Shown here piece by piece: positions 1-14,445 of a DNA stretch of 64,000 bases. Within the stretch, counting starts at the first letter, position 1. Each line of letters begins with the position of its first letter. The translations under genes were made by a program, and so were the position numbers. This DNA is from Eledone cirrhosa (Eukaryota), in contig OZ024740.1 in NCBI GenBank assembly GCA_964016885.1, forward strand, positions 393,514,001 through 393,578,000. The letters are read 5' to 3'. The notes below the pieces were generated by a model, which ran no database searches, was not told the origin of the DNA, and worked only from the letters and a program-made list of their open reading frames with translations.

Positions 1-402
1 TTTTTTTCTTTCTCCTCGTGCAATGGCCATACTCGATAACGAGGGGGCAGCCATCATGTATATATGTATACTTAGTCAAACTTATGTGCTAGTGAGTAGG
101 AAAGAAGATAAGACCCAGATTCCCTCAGGGAAGTGGCCATGCTCAATATGTAGAAAAAACGTAGACATAAACTCCATATAATGTACACAATGTAAATCTA
201 GGGTACACAAAACATGTAGTGGGATAACGAATAGACTAACAGGAGGAGAGAACCTTGCCAGTAGAAGATGCACAGAAGAAATGGAGAGGAAGAGTGCCAA
301 TGATATAAACCTTTTCCAGTCACAAGTAGGATCCATAGACGTGGTTGTTAGCTTCTCTTAAATTATACCTTGCCATCATAACATTGGATAATGAAGTACT
401 AA

Positions 403-624
403 CCTTTTAGCATTTAAACCGGCTATATCTGGCCAGAATTTTTTTCACCTCATTCTGTTCAAACCGGCTGTAACCAGCCACTCATACTTATGTTAAGGTA
501 TTGTTCTCCAAATAAATAATATCAAAATCTCATAGATTCGATATTACGTGAGATAATTATGCGAGGTAAAGCCTTTACCATGAAAATATAATAGTAAATA
601 TAGAGTAATGTAAATGCTAAAGGG
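403..624. mobile_element. TTAA-flanked (piggyBac-like) MITE
   Basis: ctaa|ccttttagcattta ... taaatgctaaaggg|ttaa inverted ends. Confidence 0.7.
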
Positions 625-947
625 TTAAATAATATACATGATAAAAAGATAGGTTGGTAATATTCGGAACACTTTTGATCTTAGGTTTGCTCAATCAGGG
701 CCAAGCTGGGGCTAAATGAGAAAAAAAAAAAATGATCAAATTTACGTATTTATCTTGAAATATATTTCCACCAGAATCATGAAGTAGATTTAAATTGTTT
801 TGTTTGGTTCTGTGTGGGAAAGGTTTATATATTTACATCTACTAAAGTGTATATTTTGTGTGTAATGTGAAGTGAAATGAGATAAATTAGTTGATATGTA
901 CAGAAGAGGCAGCAATGTATACCACAGGCTGTGTGGGAAAAGCGTTG

Positions 948-1041
948 TGAGTTACTGCCTAATGGCTGAACTCTTACTGCTTCGACAAGTTATCTACTAG
1001 CAGTCAACATGGCAAGAGCTCAGCCATTGGGCAGGAACTCA
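948..1041. repeat. Short fold-back element
   Basis: tgagttactgcctaatggctgaactcttac pairs imperfectly with gcaagagctcagccattgggcaggaactca. A related half lies at about 28440-28475. Confidence 0.7.
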
Positions 1042-1816
1042 TTACATTATATATTTATATATATATATATATTTAATTTTACCTTGCTCTTACTACCATG
1101 TTTCATTAAGTCAGATTTCCAAAACATGAATATATATATAAAAGTCTCTCTTTTAGACTCTTTCACATGAAATATGTTTTGTCCTCTATTCTAATAATTA
1201 CTGTCTGGTCCAAAATAGAACTTAGCCTACTACTAGGTTCTGTGTTCTGAATTACATTCATACATACACACACTAAGTAAAACAATACAGAAGAAATCTT
1301 AACTTAAATCAATAACGTATGACACTTGTTTTATGAGGTTATCAGGCAACCTGGCTGTCACTTCTTGTATTACAGAACAATGAGAGAAAGAGAGAGAGAG
1401 AGAGGGTGAATATGAGAGAGAGAGGGTGAATATGAGAGAGGGAGTGGGAAAGAGAGCTGCTACTGCAGGAAATTGGACACTAACTGGTCAGCCATCCGTT
1501 CTATGCTAGTTAAGTACTTTTCACACAGATGGTTATTTTTCTCTTTCTCTTACATCATCGCTGCTGTATTCATGGATGTTAGAAATTGTCCTTGTTCATT
1601 GACTTGTACTAAAGCCTATAATGCTGTAATGGTTATCACCATGCTAAGTAGATTTAGCCATTTTACCTGCCTGCAGTTTCTTATAGGCACCACCCAGAGG
1701 GTAGCTGTAGTTATTTACAGCTGAACACATCCCCTACCTATGGTGCACAAAACATAATAGTTTTGGGGAATTTTTTTCCCCCATTACTATTATGTTTTGT
1801 ATGAGAATAACACACA

Positions 1817-1859
<43 letters not shown>

Positions 1860-2789
1860 CACACACACACACAAGCATACATATATACACCCATGCACAC
1901 ACATTTCTCTCTCACTCTCTCTATATATATATAATCATCATCATTTAACATCTGTTAGATGGGTTCTTACAGACCTAGTCATGACTTAATCAGGGTTCCT
2001 GATTACTCAGAGAGGCTTGGGTCTTGCTTCTCATTTAAAAACAATCCTGCACTCAACAGAGAGCACTGAATGTAGTTTATCAGGGCACCACCACTAGGAA
2101 GGTTGTCAAGTCTTCAACACAGGTAAAGACTTTTCTTGACTCTTTGTTTGGCAGGTTTTCTATGGTCGGTTGCTCTTCCTATTGCCAATCACTTTACAGA
2201 GAATACTGGGTACATTTATGGAGAGGTTGTTGTACCTAGAAAAGTCATCTCAACCCTCTTTGGCATGGTTTCCATGACTGGATGCCCTTCCTGTCACCAA
2301 CCACTTTACAGTGTGCACTGGGTACATTTTTAGTGACATCAGCACTAGAGAAGTTGCCATATTGTGACTGTTATTGTTTAAATGGCTGGAAGCTCCTCCC
2401 AACCAACCACTTTACAGAATGTACTGGGTGCATAATACCATCATTAGGGAGGTTACTGATCACTGACTTGCCTGAAAAGCCCTCCCTACCCTATGGGAGA
2501 AGAGACAGGAAGTATGCTGCCAGTAAAGGATAATGGGTGGAAGGATGACAAGTATAATGCCATGGGTGTACAACTGGTATGGTTGGGGAAGAGGTGAGAA
2601 ACACATTATATCTGTCTTTGTTTTTCTATGCATATATTTTTGCATATATAATTCTGTACACAGGAATATGTATATATAGGAAATATCTGTCTGTATATAA
2701 ATGATGTTCACATGCATATGTGCGTTGATTTTATAATTATGCCCATGAATCTATAATTCTGTATATGAGTATCTGTCTATCTATATATG

Positions 2790-2841
<52 letters not shown>

Positions 2842-3209
2842 ATGTTTATATGTGGGTGATTTTCTTCAATATATACATTTTTGTATGAATTTAGAGTTTT
2901 GCATATGAGAGTGTATCAATGTATAGGAAATGTGTATGTATGCATGTAATGTTTAATGTATGTGTATATGTACATATGTGTATGTAATTACAATAACTAA
3001 ATTGTAATATCATTAATCATAGAAGTATTCTATGTCAGGCATTGCTGATATCAGTGGTCTGGAACATAAGAAAATAAGAATAACAACTATAATTAAATTA
3101 TTGAAAAGTTTCTATATAGAAACTCAGTACTGGTGTACACATACCACTATAACAACTATCACCACCACTGCTGCTGCCATCACTACCACCACCAATACCA
3201 AAAGCCAAA

Positions 3210-4205
3210 AGGAGTTCCTCTATTTAGTCACTTGATCTCCTAGAAATAGCAACTTGTCTCCCTCAAATCATATCATTCTAACACACTGAATCATATAGAT
3301 GAAACTATATCTGAAAATAAGACAATATGGTCATGGTTGGAACATCTTTGATCTTATGTTTGCTCAATCATGGTCGACTTGAGGATAAACAATAATACTG
3401 TTATCATCAATGAAGCCTCAGTCATTCAACATACTAGAAATAACAGCTGAATCTTTCTTAGATTATACCCTGCCTAGGAATGAGAAATTGGATGATGTAG
3501 TGTTGGATAAATGAAACCTAAAAACTAGATGCAATGACCATGGCTGGTATGCCCCTGAATAAGAATTTTCTCAAATCAGGACTGACCAGGGGTTAAACAA
3601 CATTAATTAAAAAGAATGTAACAGTAAATTGTGGACAATGCCATTGTTGCTGTGAGGAAAGATCATTGGACAATATAGTTCTAGATACACTATGATGAAA
3701 AAACATGATGGCCACAGGTACTTCATATTAGATCTGCTTGACCAAAGTTAATCTTGAGCTAAATAATTACAATAACATAATGACACAACTCTATATAGTC
3801 ATTAGACATTTTTGAAATAGCAGTCAAATAAACCCCACTGCCCACACAAACCACATTCTACTGTCATAAAAAGGATATAACACACTGTTCTAGATATGCC
3901 ACAGTTAAATAAAAGACTGGATGGTCATGGCTGAAATAAATTTGATTACAAATCAGTTTAATCAGGACTGAAGTAGGGCTAAACAATAACAACACTATAC
4001 TATATTACCCAGACATATGTATTCACCTGCTTAAAACTGTACATATATAATTGAAGTGAAATGGCCAACAAGTCAGTATAGTATTGAAGTACCAGCTCAT
4101 ACGTCTTGAGTTCAAATGAATTGCAAATATTTGACTATATAAAAAAAATAAAGATGGAATGGTTACTCCTGCAACACTTTTGAGGCTGATTTGGGGCTAA
4201 ACAAT
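3210..4205 (+). repeat. Head-to-tail cluster of about 5 degenerate copies of a dispersed repeat ending gggctaaacaacaac
   Basis: Recurring tagaaatagca..ggtcatggctggaa..tttgatc..tcagg.ctga..ggggctaaacaa blocks. Other copies lie at about 330-720, and inverted at about 5170-5360, 25060-25290 and 53650-53950. Confidence 0.6.
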
Positions 4206-7200
4206 AGAAATAATCTATATCCATAATTTCTTTAGTCCATTTTCACGTTGATATCTTATTGAGGCACAAATGAAGTAGGTGGGAGAATGAAACCAACCAG
4301 GCCATACTTTCAGGTGGGAAGAGGAAGACAGGTGGGGAAACATTAGGGAAGCCAAATAATTTCATAACACAAAACAAAACAATAAAAAAAGAGCATGAAA
4401 TAAAAAAATGTATTGTGGACTTGGCTCTGTGCCCTCCTCTCTTGCTCCAAGCTCAGACAGATTCCTAAACACACTCCCTGTTATATGTTCTGTGAGTTGA
4501 AGTTAAAGGGGGTAAGAAAGAGAGACTAAATGAAATAAAAGGAAGGATTTTAGTGTTATTTATGTTTTTTATATAACTTTTTATTCTGATATATTTATGA
4601 CATGCAGCTGGGCATGTTTATGATTTGTATCTATCTTACCTTCCCAACTACCTACCTACCAACCCTACTTACTATGACATTACATTTCCCACCCACACTA
4701 CAATCCCTAGATATTACTGTCAGTCAATAATAAAATGTGATCAAGGTAAAGCTTCATCCAAGACTAATTATGTCAGTAAATGAGGCAGTTAATAAAGGTA
4801 AAACTTATCTCAATGATCACCACCAAGCTTACCTATTCTTTACAATGAAGTATTTGCTGTTGCTGTTATCATGGGTTTTGTTGCTGAATTGCCAATGTTT
4901 ATTTTGATGTCCTGTCACATTTTCATTGATTCAGTTACTCTTGTGGTTATAATGAAGGCTATTTTGCTGCTGCTGCTATTGTTGTTGTTGTAGTGAATTT
5001 GTGCAGTTTCCTTGATAATGCTACTGCTGTTGTAGTCATTTTATTTCAATTTTACTAGTGTTGTTGCAGGTGGTAGTTAATCTGAGCAGTTCACTTGATG
5101 GAGCTGCTTTTGTGATCATTTTACAGCTGTTTCATTCTTGTTTTTTCATTTGTCATCATTTTGTTGATGCTCTGATCAAGCAGAGTTATGAGTGAAGACA
5201 TTCCAACAATGACCATGCCATCTTTTTAAGGCATAGTGCACATTATCCAATGAAATTATTCAAAGTGTCCTCTTTCCAAGATAGTAAAAATTATAAATTT
5301 GAGAGCAGTTGTGTTGTTATTGCTAGCAGGTCAATCAAATATATAGAAGCTCACTTGTTTGTTTCGTTGGAGTTGCTGTTGTTGGTGGCCATTTTGTCCT
5401 TGTTTTGATAATATTTTGAACTATCATATCACTATTCTTGTTGTGGCCATCATTTTATTAGTGTTTATTTTTCTCCTACAATTTTTATTAAATTGTAATT
5501 GTATCACCTTATTGCTATTTCATTTTTATAGATACAGGCATGACAAGGTAGTTAAGAAGATAGATTCAAAATCAAGAGGTTTCAGGTTCAATCCCACTGT
5601 ATGACGTCTTGAGCAAGTGTCTTTTTTTGTAGCTTTCGGTCAACCCAAATCTGTGAGTGAAATTGCAAAGACGGAAACTGTGTGAAAGCCAGTAAGATGG
5701 ATTCTACCAAAAGTCTAGTCTTGACACATTGTATCATGCTGATTCTGCCTAAGAATTATGCTAAAGGTACATGTGTTTGTGGATTACCCAGCTACTTAAC
5801 ATGCTAACTTAATGAGTAAGATGCCCTGTTGATCAAATAACTGATTGTTCATTGTTGAGACTGATGGAGATCCATCATTTCACTGTTGTTGCTATTGTTA
5901 TTTTGATTCCAGTTTATGTGAGGTGTTGTTGGTCAAGAAACCCTTATAATAAAAGGTGTTTCAGTCATTGACACTCCATCTTATTTTCATTATCCAATGT
6001 GTCTTTCCAGTTTATAAACACTGTAGATTGTGATCCTTTGTTGGCTAGTGTGATGAAGCTGTCATTGTGATCATTTGTTGGCTGGTGTGATGAAACAGTC
6101 ATTGTCTTGTTACATTGTTACTGGATTTATTTCATGGATTAATTAGAAGAAGGACAGTGTGTCTCAGGCAGGTGTGGGTATAGAAAATGGAACCACAACT
6201 CAAAGGTATTTGCAATAGAAAGGAAACAGTACATTAAAATATCAAGTTGTCCTCAGATCAGAGACCAGTTTCAAATGCTTAGAACAGAATAGGCATCAGT
6301 GGGACAGGTACAATTCATCCAATGTATTTTCCCCACAGTTTCTGTCTACAGAACTTCACTCACAAGACACTTGTTCAAGGTGCTATACAATAAGACTGAA
6401 CATGAGATTGCAAAGGGAACCACTATGGGCAATAATTTCATCAATGTTTTCTCATTTTTGCTTTGTTGTATTGTACTATTTATTGTTTTAGCTGCCTTTA
6501 ATGCCATTACAACTGTCATCAATGCTGCCACAGCAAATTCATTGCTGTTGTTGATACTCTGTTGTTGTCATCATCATTCTAAGGAATAACAACATTTTAA
6601 AGGTTATTTTCCTTGCTAAAACAGTGGAGGGGGAGAGTTAACCTGGCGAGGAAGGCATATCAGTCATAATCATGTCTTTCCTGCTATGTATGTAGATGTT
6701 GTTGTTGCAATCAATATTTGTAGTAGCTACTACAGTTAATATTCTATTTGTAAAATGTCTTATATTTGTTGTTCTGGTCACATACATCCTTCAACAATGT
6801 TCGCATAAACTCTGTCTCCTCATCTGTCTTGTTAGAAGAATATGAGATACACAAATACAACTGACAGATAACAAATAATCACAAATAAATAATAAATCAA
6901 TAATATTCTATAGAAATAACAAACATATAGTTAAAAAATATATATAAATAAACCAATGGAAAAGGAAAGAAGAAAATCAACAACAAATTAATGCATTAGA
7001 CTGTCAAATATTCGACTAAGGTTGATGTTAGATAATTAATATGGATTTTCATTGCTACAAAAAAAAAAAAAAAAAAAAGGTAGTGGAATGGTAGCATCAA
7101 TGTTGAGCAAAATGCCTTACAATATTTATATCCCTTTACATTCCGAGTTCAAATCTTGTCAAAGGCAATTTTTCCTTTTTTTCCTTAGGCACCTCTTAAC

Positions 7201-7979
7201 CACTTAATCCACTATAACCCCTTCCATATACCCCCACCTACCTTTGAACACACCACTCTTACATTGTAAAGTTATGTTGGTATCGCAAAAACATCCAGCA
7301 CACACTGTAAATGTGGCTGGTATTAGGAAGGACATCCAGCCATAGAAATCTAGCCAGAAACAGTCCGATATGAACGAGACACGGTCACCTGACCCAACTT
7401 GCCTCTAATGGGACAACCTGTCTTACCCATGCTAGTGTGGAAAATGGATGTTAAACAATGATGATGATGATGAAATAAGCCTTAATCAAATAGAGTTAAT
7501 GACACTCATTGATGCATAATGTCATCAAAGACAGGACAGTCGTGAATTATACAATAAAACGTATAGAATGGTTATAATTAATAGTAATTAAATGTAGACT
7601 AAAAATTAAACTAAATTAGCTAACAGACTATACCATCCCTAAAATGTATGGCTAGTATTGTTTGCGCCAGCAATCCCTGTTATAATTATCACCTCAGATA
7701 ATCATTAACATCATCAATATTATTTTGATGATCACTATTACTTTCAACATAATCTTGCTCCTTACCACAAATACCTTTCTCATAAACATCATATTGATCC
7801 CACGTGCCTTGCTACCATTTGTGCAGTCAACAGGAACAGTAGTTACACAGCAATGTCAGTAGACATTTCAATCCAACAAGGTGACCAGTTTTAGTGGTGT
7901 TCACACCATTACTCTCAATAGTAGCAGTTTTGATACATTTAACTATATCTTGATCAACTGAATATCTTCTAGTTACATT

Positions 7980-8830
7980 TCCCTGTCAAAGGGTCCTATT
8001 TATCCCTCATTTCTTAGTTTGGAAGAGCTTTCTCTGGGATCAGTAATGTCTCCAGCACTCTTTTTTCTCTACATCAACAAACTGCATGTTATTACCCCCT
8101 GACCGGAGATGCTCAGATGCTGGTGATATCCTTTAGACTTTAAATTAATCTTTCACACACAGGTATCATCCATCAAAATACTACAAATCAAACATACACT
8201 ACTTCTAAGACCAAAGTCCTTAAAATCAACCTTTAATAAAGACATAACTAACAAGTTTTATTCAACAACAACTGAAATACAGTCACTACATATAATTAAG
8301 AAACCGAAATTACACACACAATTAAAACCTTCATAGTCTTTACAAATATAGGGTCTCTACGTTCTGATCATCTACTCCAGCAGCAACATAGCTATAACAT
8401 GGCAAAGACTGCATCTGAAAACCTTCCCTTCAGTGTCGGACAATTAGAACCATTCTGAACAGCTTCTGATCATATGCAAGGCACAAATGTATTCCACATT
8501 GCATATCTGATATAGAACAGCTGCTAAAGACAAACATGCTAAATTAATTCCCCACCCCACAACTTTCACTCTGATATTCTGATATTCTGATAGTCACAGT
8601 GTAGCTACTCATTATCTCTATCAACAGTACTTGTTCCTTAAAATTTGCATCCTATGCTCCAACTTCACCTGATTTGTCTCCCTTTCTTCCCTTTGCAATA
8701 CCTAATCTATCTACCTACCTCAAAATCTCAACATCAAATTCTTTCTCAAACATTTTCTCTTAGAATTGAATTCCCTTCATTTTTTTTTCCTTTAGTCATC
8801 AACCTGTAGAAATTCATATGCATCAACCTC
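7980..8830 (+). mobile_element. Very old CR1/Jockey-like RT fragment
   Basis: Residual GSVMSPALF..YIN.L and FNTTE.Q-like coding traces. Confidence 0.35.
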
Positions 8831-9529
8831 ATCAATCTGAGAATACTCTCAGAAGCTAGAGAGAGGCTCTGTTCCTCTTTTGATTTAATGTAAAGGTAAA
8901 ATGCGTCTACACATGCACAGACACATCTGCAGTAAAAGGATCCTCAATGCATTTTAAAAATGAGAACTCAATTGTTCAATCAACTAAACTACTTACTCAC
9001 TGAATTAACATGTAAGGGGATGAGTATTTCACAGATATATGTATCCTTAATACAAACACCAAGTAAAATTCAAAATGACAGTGCACGACAAAAGTGATTG
9101 TTTGGATTACAGATATAATTCATTTGATGGTCTACCATACAGTTTATTCACAGTTCTTTTGTTGACCCTGGCTACAGTAAAAATATTTGCCCAAGACAAC
9201 ATACAATGAGATTGAATCCAGAAACTCAGAACTGAAGTGAACTTCTTAACCCCTTAGCCATGACTGTACCCACAATCTGCAGTAAGAAAACACACACATA
9301 CACACTATATATATATTCATAAATTCAAATCTTCTTTTCATTGTGCTGTACCCTTAAGCAAGGAACCTAACTCTGCTAAATTTAGTTTGTCTGATTCAAC
9401 AAAAACATAAAGGGCTCTAAAAAAAATAAATGATGCCACCTTTGCAATTATAGAAGATTAGATTAAAAATGGTATATAAATATTTTAAATATAGTAACTG
9501 AGATCATGCAACCCCATATGTATGACTTT

Positions 9530-10350
9530 TAGCTAGATATATTTGATAGTGTGTGTCACTTAGGTGATCTAATTAGTGATGAAGGTGGCTAGATTGAAGC
9601 ATAGCCTGGTAAACAGTATAAGGAAGTTATGAAAGAAATTTGGGAAATTAGAGCCTCACTTGGCAGCAAGAGGTATGGTCATGAGAAAGCAGATTGTAAG
9701 AAGTGCTTAACCCTATTGATAACAAACTGCCCGAAATTGCCCCTGATTTTATTGTACAAAACTGTTTCTTTTAAAGTGTTTATATTTGTCTAAAAATCTT
9801 CCATCTTGATTTTATGACAGACAATTTAAGTTATGTTTCAAACACCAACTTAATAATGAAAAGTTAGTTGAATTACTAAATCTCCTCAAACTTTTGAATG
9901 TATTCAAAATTATTTGAAAATCATATTCAGTATCTTCCATTAGAAATATGGTAATAAAAGAGTTAAAAATTATGACATGGCAAAGAAATATGAGACATGG
10001 GTAGTGAATATGGAAGGAGAAAAATGAAGCAGTCATGATATATTGGATGTGAAAGGTTAAGTTCAATGAAAGACAAAGAACATGTGAGTGAGAAATCATC
10101 TTAGTCTTAAATACACAAGCCAAAATGTATAGAAGAGAGAATTGTGTTGTACAAAGATGTGATACAAATTAATGAGGATTGTTGGTAAAAAGGTCATTTT
10201 TCTCTTTGGATAATTTTTGTAGAAAAGAAAATAGAAGGGGCACCTGTTTTTAAGATGGGTGGTACTAGCATTGGATTTCATACAATATTGTGTGTTACTG
10301 ACTAGCTGAACCTATACTAGTATGGAAAACAAATTAAAAAAATATTGATG
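9530..10350 (+). mobile_element. Old RTE 3' fragment interrupted by a TTAA MITE
   Basis: Residual CHLGDLIS..GG coding similarity to the 38.2-38.9 kb RTE. Ends with an RTE/SINE-like tail near 10300-10350. Confidence 0.45.
9711..9962. mobile_element. TTAA-flanked MITE
   Basis: ttaa|ccctattgataac ... gtaataaaagag|ttaa. A related copy lies at about 27256-27506. Confidence 0.6.
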
Positions 10351-10458
10351 AGGATCAAGATTACACTCACACACAATTAACCATATGTCCATAAACATAT
10401 GGTTCATATATTGGTTTCATTGTTGGAGCAATGAAGAATAAATCAAACCTCAATTATT

Positions 10459-10648
10459 AGGTGGATTGGCAGTATCGGTAGAGGGTCGGACGCCATGCTT
10501 TCCAGCATAGTTACGTCCCTTTACGGTCTGAGTTCAAATCCCGCTGAGGTTGACTTTGCCTTTCATCCTTACGGGGTCGATAAAATAAAGTACCAGTAAT
10601 GCACTGGCTAATTGCTGGCCTTGTGCCTAAAGTAGAAACAATTATTAC
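10459..10648 (+). mobile_element. tRNA-derived SINE family A, near full length
   Basis: A-box-like TGGCAGTATCGG, B-box GAGTTCAAATCC, shared body, ATT tail. Near identical to 20157-20337. Confidence 0.85.
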
Positions 10649-11989
10649 CAATGGATGTAAAGTAAATACTAACAGTGAAAACATATGTAAGAAAGAACTC
10701 CTCTCCACCCATATTTGTGGTGAACATTTAGATGCATGCATCTATAGGTATTTGACATATTTATATGTTTAGCTGAAGGAAAACAATGATAAATGTTTGG
10801 TGCTAAGGTATAATGACTGCATCCTTTTACATATACATTAAAAGTGGGTCTTTTAAATGTAGAATTTGCTTTTAGACAGTTGATAATATGCACAAAATAT
10901 ACTTGACTTGTTGATTTATGATACATGTATGCTGACATCATCAGTTTGATGAAATTTGATGTGATTACAACATTCTCAATACAAGTTTTTACAATATCAT
11001 TGTACACATCACATCTACAATATACACACATTACAATTACAATACACATATCACATTTGCAACATAGGCATCAAACAAATAAATTAAAATAAAAACAGGC
11101 CGGGAGAGAACTTCTCTGGATATTGCCAAAGAAAGCAGCTGTTCTCATGCCATGTGGAAGTGACAGATAGGAAGATGAGAATTTCTTCCACAGATGCCTA
11201 CAGAGTAGGAATCAGTGAAAAGAAAGATGATAAAATAGCTTAATCTTTGAAATAATTGAAATAATAAGGATCCATATGGCCAGTACTCACCTGAACAACT
11301 TTTCAACTTTTTATACCATTAAACAAATAAGATATAAATCTTGATTCAGACATAAATCTATTTTGCCTCATTTTCCCACAAGAACGAGCGAACTCAGCAC
11401 TGCAAGCTAACAAGGCATTCCTCAATTTCTACAGTATTGTCACTGCTTATAGCAGTGAATTATAGTAGTCTGTATCAGCTATTGTGAGATAGGTGTATGC
11501 AGGTATTAACAATTACACAATTTGGCTCTGCTCAAGGATATAATGCAGCATCAACATCAATGATAAAATATAAATGAGTGTGTGATTAAGGAATTCATTT
11601 TGCACCTGTATGACACCTTGAGAAAATGCCTTCTTCTATTGCTTTGAGTTGTTGCCTTGTGAGTGAAATTTGGTAGACTGAAATTGCAGAAGTGTGTTGT
11701 GTGTATACATACACACATGATGGCTGCCCCCTCATTATCGAGTATGGCCATTGCATGATAAAAAAAACCCCATATATATGTACACATACATATATATACA
11801 TACATACACACAAACAATGGGATACTGTAGTTTCTGTCTACCAAATGTTTTATAGAAGACCACATGAATCACCTCACTGCATCTGTCTTATGTTACCATT
11901 AAGGACCAGAAACCAAACTTACTTTCCAACCCTAAGTGTTGACTAATAAACTCCACTATGAGTGAGATAGGCAGAATTAGTAAGCATAT

Positions 11990-12620
11990 ATTTGACAGAG
12001 ATTAATCCCCAAATCAAAAGGGCGACTGGTCTATTTTATTGGGACATCAGCATTGTTGTCATTTGTCTACCTTAATGGGACTGCAGCCTTGAAAACAAAG
12101 CAGCCTGTAGGTTTACTAAGTTCAATATCGTGGACTTTAAACCTTCCACATTAAAATGCCTCTTACAGAAAGCTCTAGACTTTGGGAAATAATTTACTAG
12201 GATCAGTGACCTTAATATTAGAATAATTCTGCAAAACAGGAAATCACAACAGTTCCATAACTGGGATAAAATTCCTTTCCTTACACACTGAAGAAGGCTA
12301 TTTCCTTGAAAGGATCAGGGCTTTGTTCTCCTTTCTACTTTAGTCTTTGTCAAGTTAACTTGAAGACTTTTTTTATTCTAAGTCTTGCTTGCAGGCCTGG
12401 AATTCTTTTTCTAATTCTGCCATAGATTCAGCTATAAGAGTTAGACCATCATCATATAGGATTCTTCTGACTATCTTTTTATTGTTGTCATTTTGTTATA
12501 TCTATTTTCAAATAAATTTGACTTTTTAATTCCAGTTGGCTATTAAGCTGTGTCAATTTACTGAAATCTACCCTGCAATAAGCCCACAACTGATGAATAT
12601 AGCAAGCTTTGGACACTAAA
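11990..12620 (-). mobile_element. Very old Penelope-like remnant
   Basis: The minus strand has an ILYDDGL (YRDDGL-like) trace near 12445-12465 and a C..PL.G-like trace near 12060-12085. Confidence 0.3.
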
Positions 12621-14267
12621 CCACACACCCTACAAAAGAGAAAATGGGACTACATACATACTACTAATTCATCATCATAACAAAATGCTTATTACACAAA
12701 AGTATTGAATAACATTATCTAACCAAGCATTAAATGGGGGATAGAATCATAACAAGTATCATGTCGTACATCAAATCTTCTCAAACCTCTCAGTTCAGTA
12801 ACTGTATACTGCCTCATCTTAAACAATAACTCATGTCTTTTAACATTTCTACTTTGGTGATCAAATTTTGTTGCCTGAAGAGTAAGTTATGCTGTTTTAG
12901 TTGCCGAGATGGTAAGATTTTATGGCACTTCATTACCAGATACTGAATCATATTTGTAAACAATGTTTTCTGTCATTGTAGGATATACAGAATTTCTCTG
13001 TCTTTTGGGAAAAATAATTAGTTAAAGAACAGCTATAGTTATTAAAATATGTTCTGAGAGATAGGTGTGATGTGTAAATAAGAGGAAGAAGAGAATTTCA
13101 TAAGCTGAATTCCTTACCAAAATAGACATAAATTTAATAACATGGTATGTTAATCAATATAGCAGAAGCTAGTTATCATGTTAAAGAATACAACATTCTT
13201 AACTATAACATGGAAAAATCACTGATGGGTGAGTAGTGGATGAAGCTTGTGACATTATCCATGTAGAAAGAATGAAAAGTGAAAGGAAATTTTCACAGGC
13301 AGCAGAAATGTGACAACTTGGCAGTCCTATTAATCTAGTCTTTATCCTTCCATTTTCCATTATCAGCAGAACTGTGTGTTGTCAGATTACTTTATTCTAT
13401 ACTCAAATTTAGCAGAAAATTATAATCTAGTTTTGCAATGGGCAAACAGTTATATTATTGAAGAAGTGGAAATATATGGAAATTGAAGCATTCACATTAA
13501 ATTCAGAGCTAGATGCCCATGAGAAATGGTGTATGCAGATGGTTTGCTGGTGCTCACTAGAAAATAGAGATATCCTGAAATATGGATATTGAGCCAAGAA
13601 TTAAAAAGAATTAAGCATATATGAAGATAAAACTCCTAATCAGTAGTTATGGCTTTAGTCATTTCTTAGAAACAGAAATATAACTTTGTTCTGTGTTCAG
13701 GAAAAGAGCAGGCAAGGATTTAATGGAGTGTGAAACATGCATTATATAACCAATGGATGTTGCACAAAGATATATAATGGTATGGTTGACATGCCAACAA
13801 ACAACTTTGGTTTTATATGTATCAATAAGTTATAGATGACAAACCATGATGCATTGTAGTCTCATACTGAAGGAGCTTAACAATCAGTGTTTGAGGTGAA
13901 ATTGAGGAAAGTTTTCTCAATCCGTAATCAGTGCATGTAATGGCCAGATGAAATCAACTGAATCTGCAGTTATATACAACAAAAGAATCATTTACTGCCT
14001 GAAGGGCCTAATGACATGGTGAATACATTAGGGGTGTTAAACTGTATTACAGAGAGCAATGGTAAATGAAAGCAGTAGTCCTTACGCAATGCATAATAAA
14101 TACTTGGTGATGCAATTTGATATATAACCTAAGCCCTATGAATGGACTGGTAGTAAGAGAATACAAAAGAATCAAAATTAGTAAGAGCTGAGAGGATGTG
14201 GAAAATTTGGATAATGTAAACCTGTAGAATGAAAACGTATTGTTAAATAGTTTAATAAATAATAATA

Positions 14268-14445
14268 ATATTGTTTCTACTTTTGGTACAAGGCCTGCAA
14301 TTACATAGTGCATTACTGGTACTTTATTTTATTGACCCCGTAAGGATGAAACCTCGGCGGGATTTGAACTCAGACCATAAATGGCCATAACTCCATGCTG
14401 CACAGCATGGTGTCTGATGCTCTACCGATACTGCCAAATAATAAT
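14268..14445 (-). mobile_element. SINE family A copy (diverged)
   Basis: Reverse complement of the family A head, B box and tail. Confidence 0.75.

Noticed and set aside
6636-6676. Faint resemblance to the U1 snRNA 5' end (ttaacctggc)
   Set aside because: The similarity does not extend, and there is no Sm site or stem-loops.
13050-14040. Purine-rich stretch resembling a decayed transposase
   Set aside because: No open frame or diagnostic motif could be read, so it cannot be assigned without a profile search.
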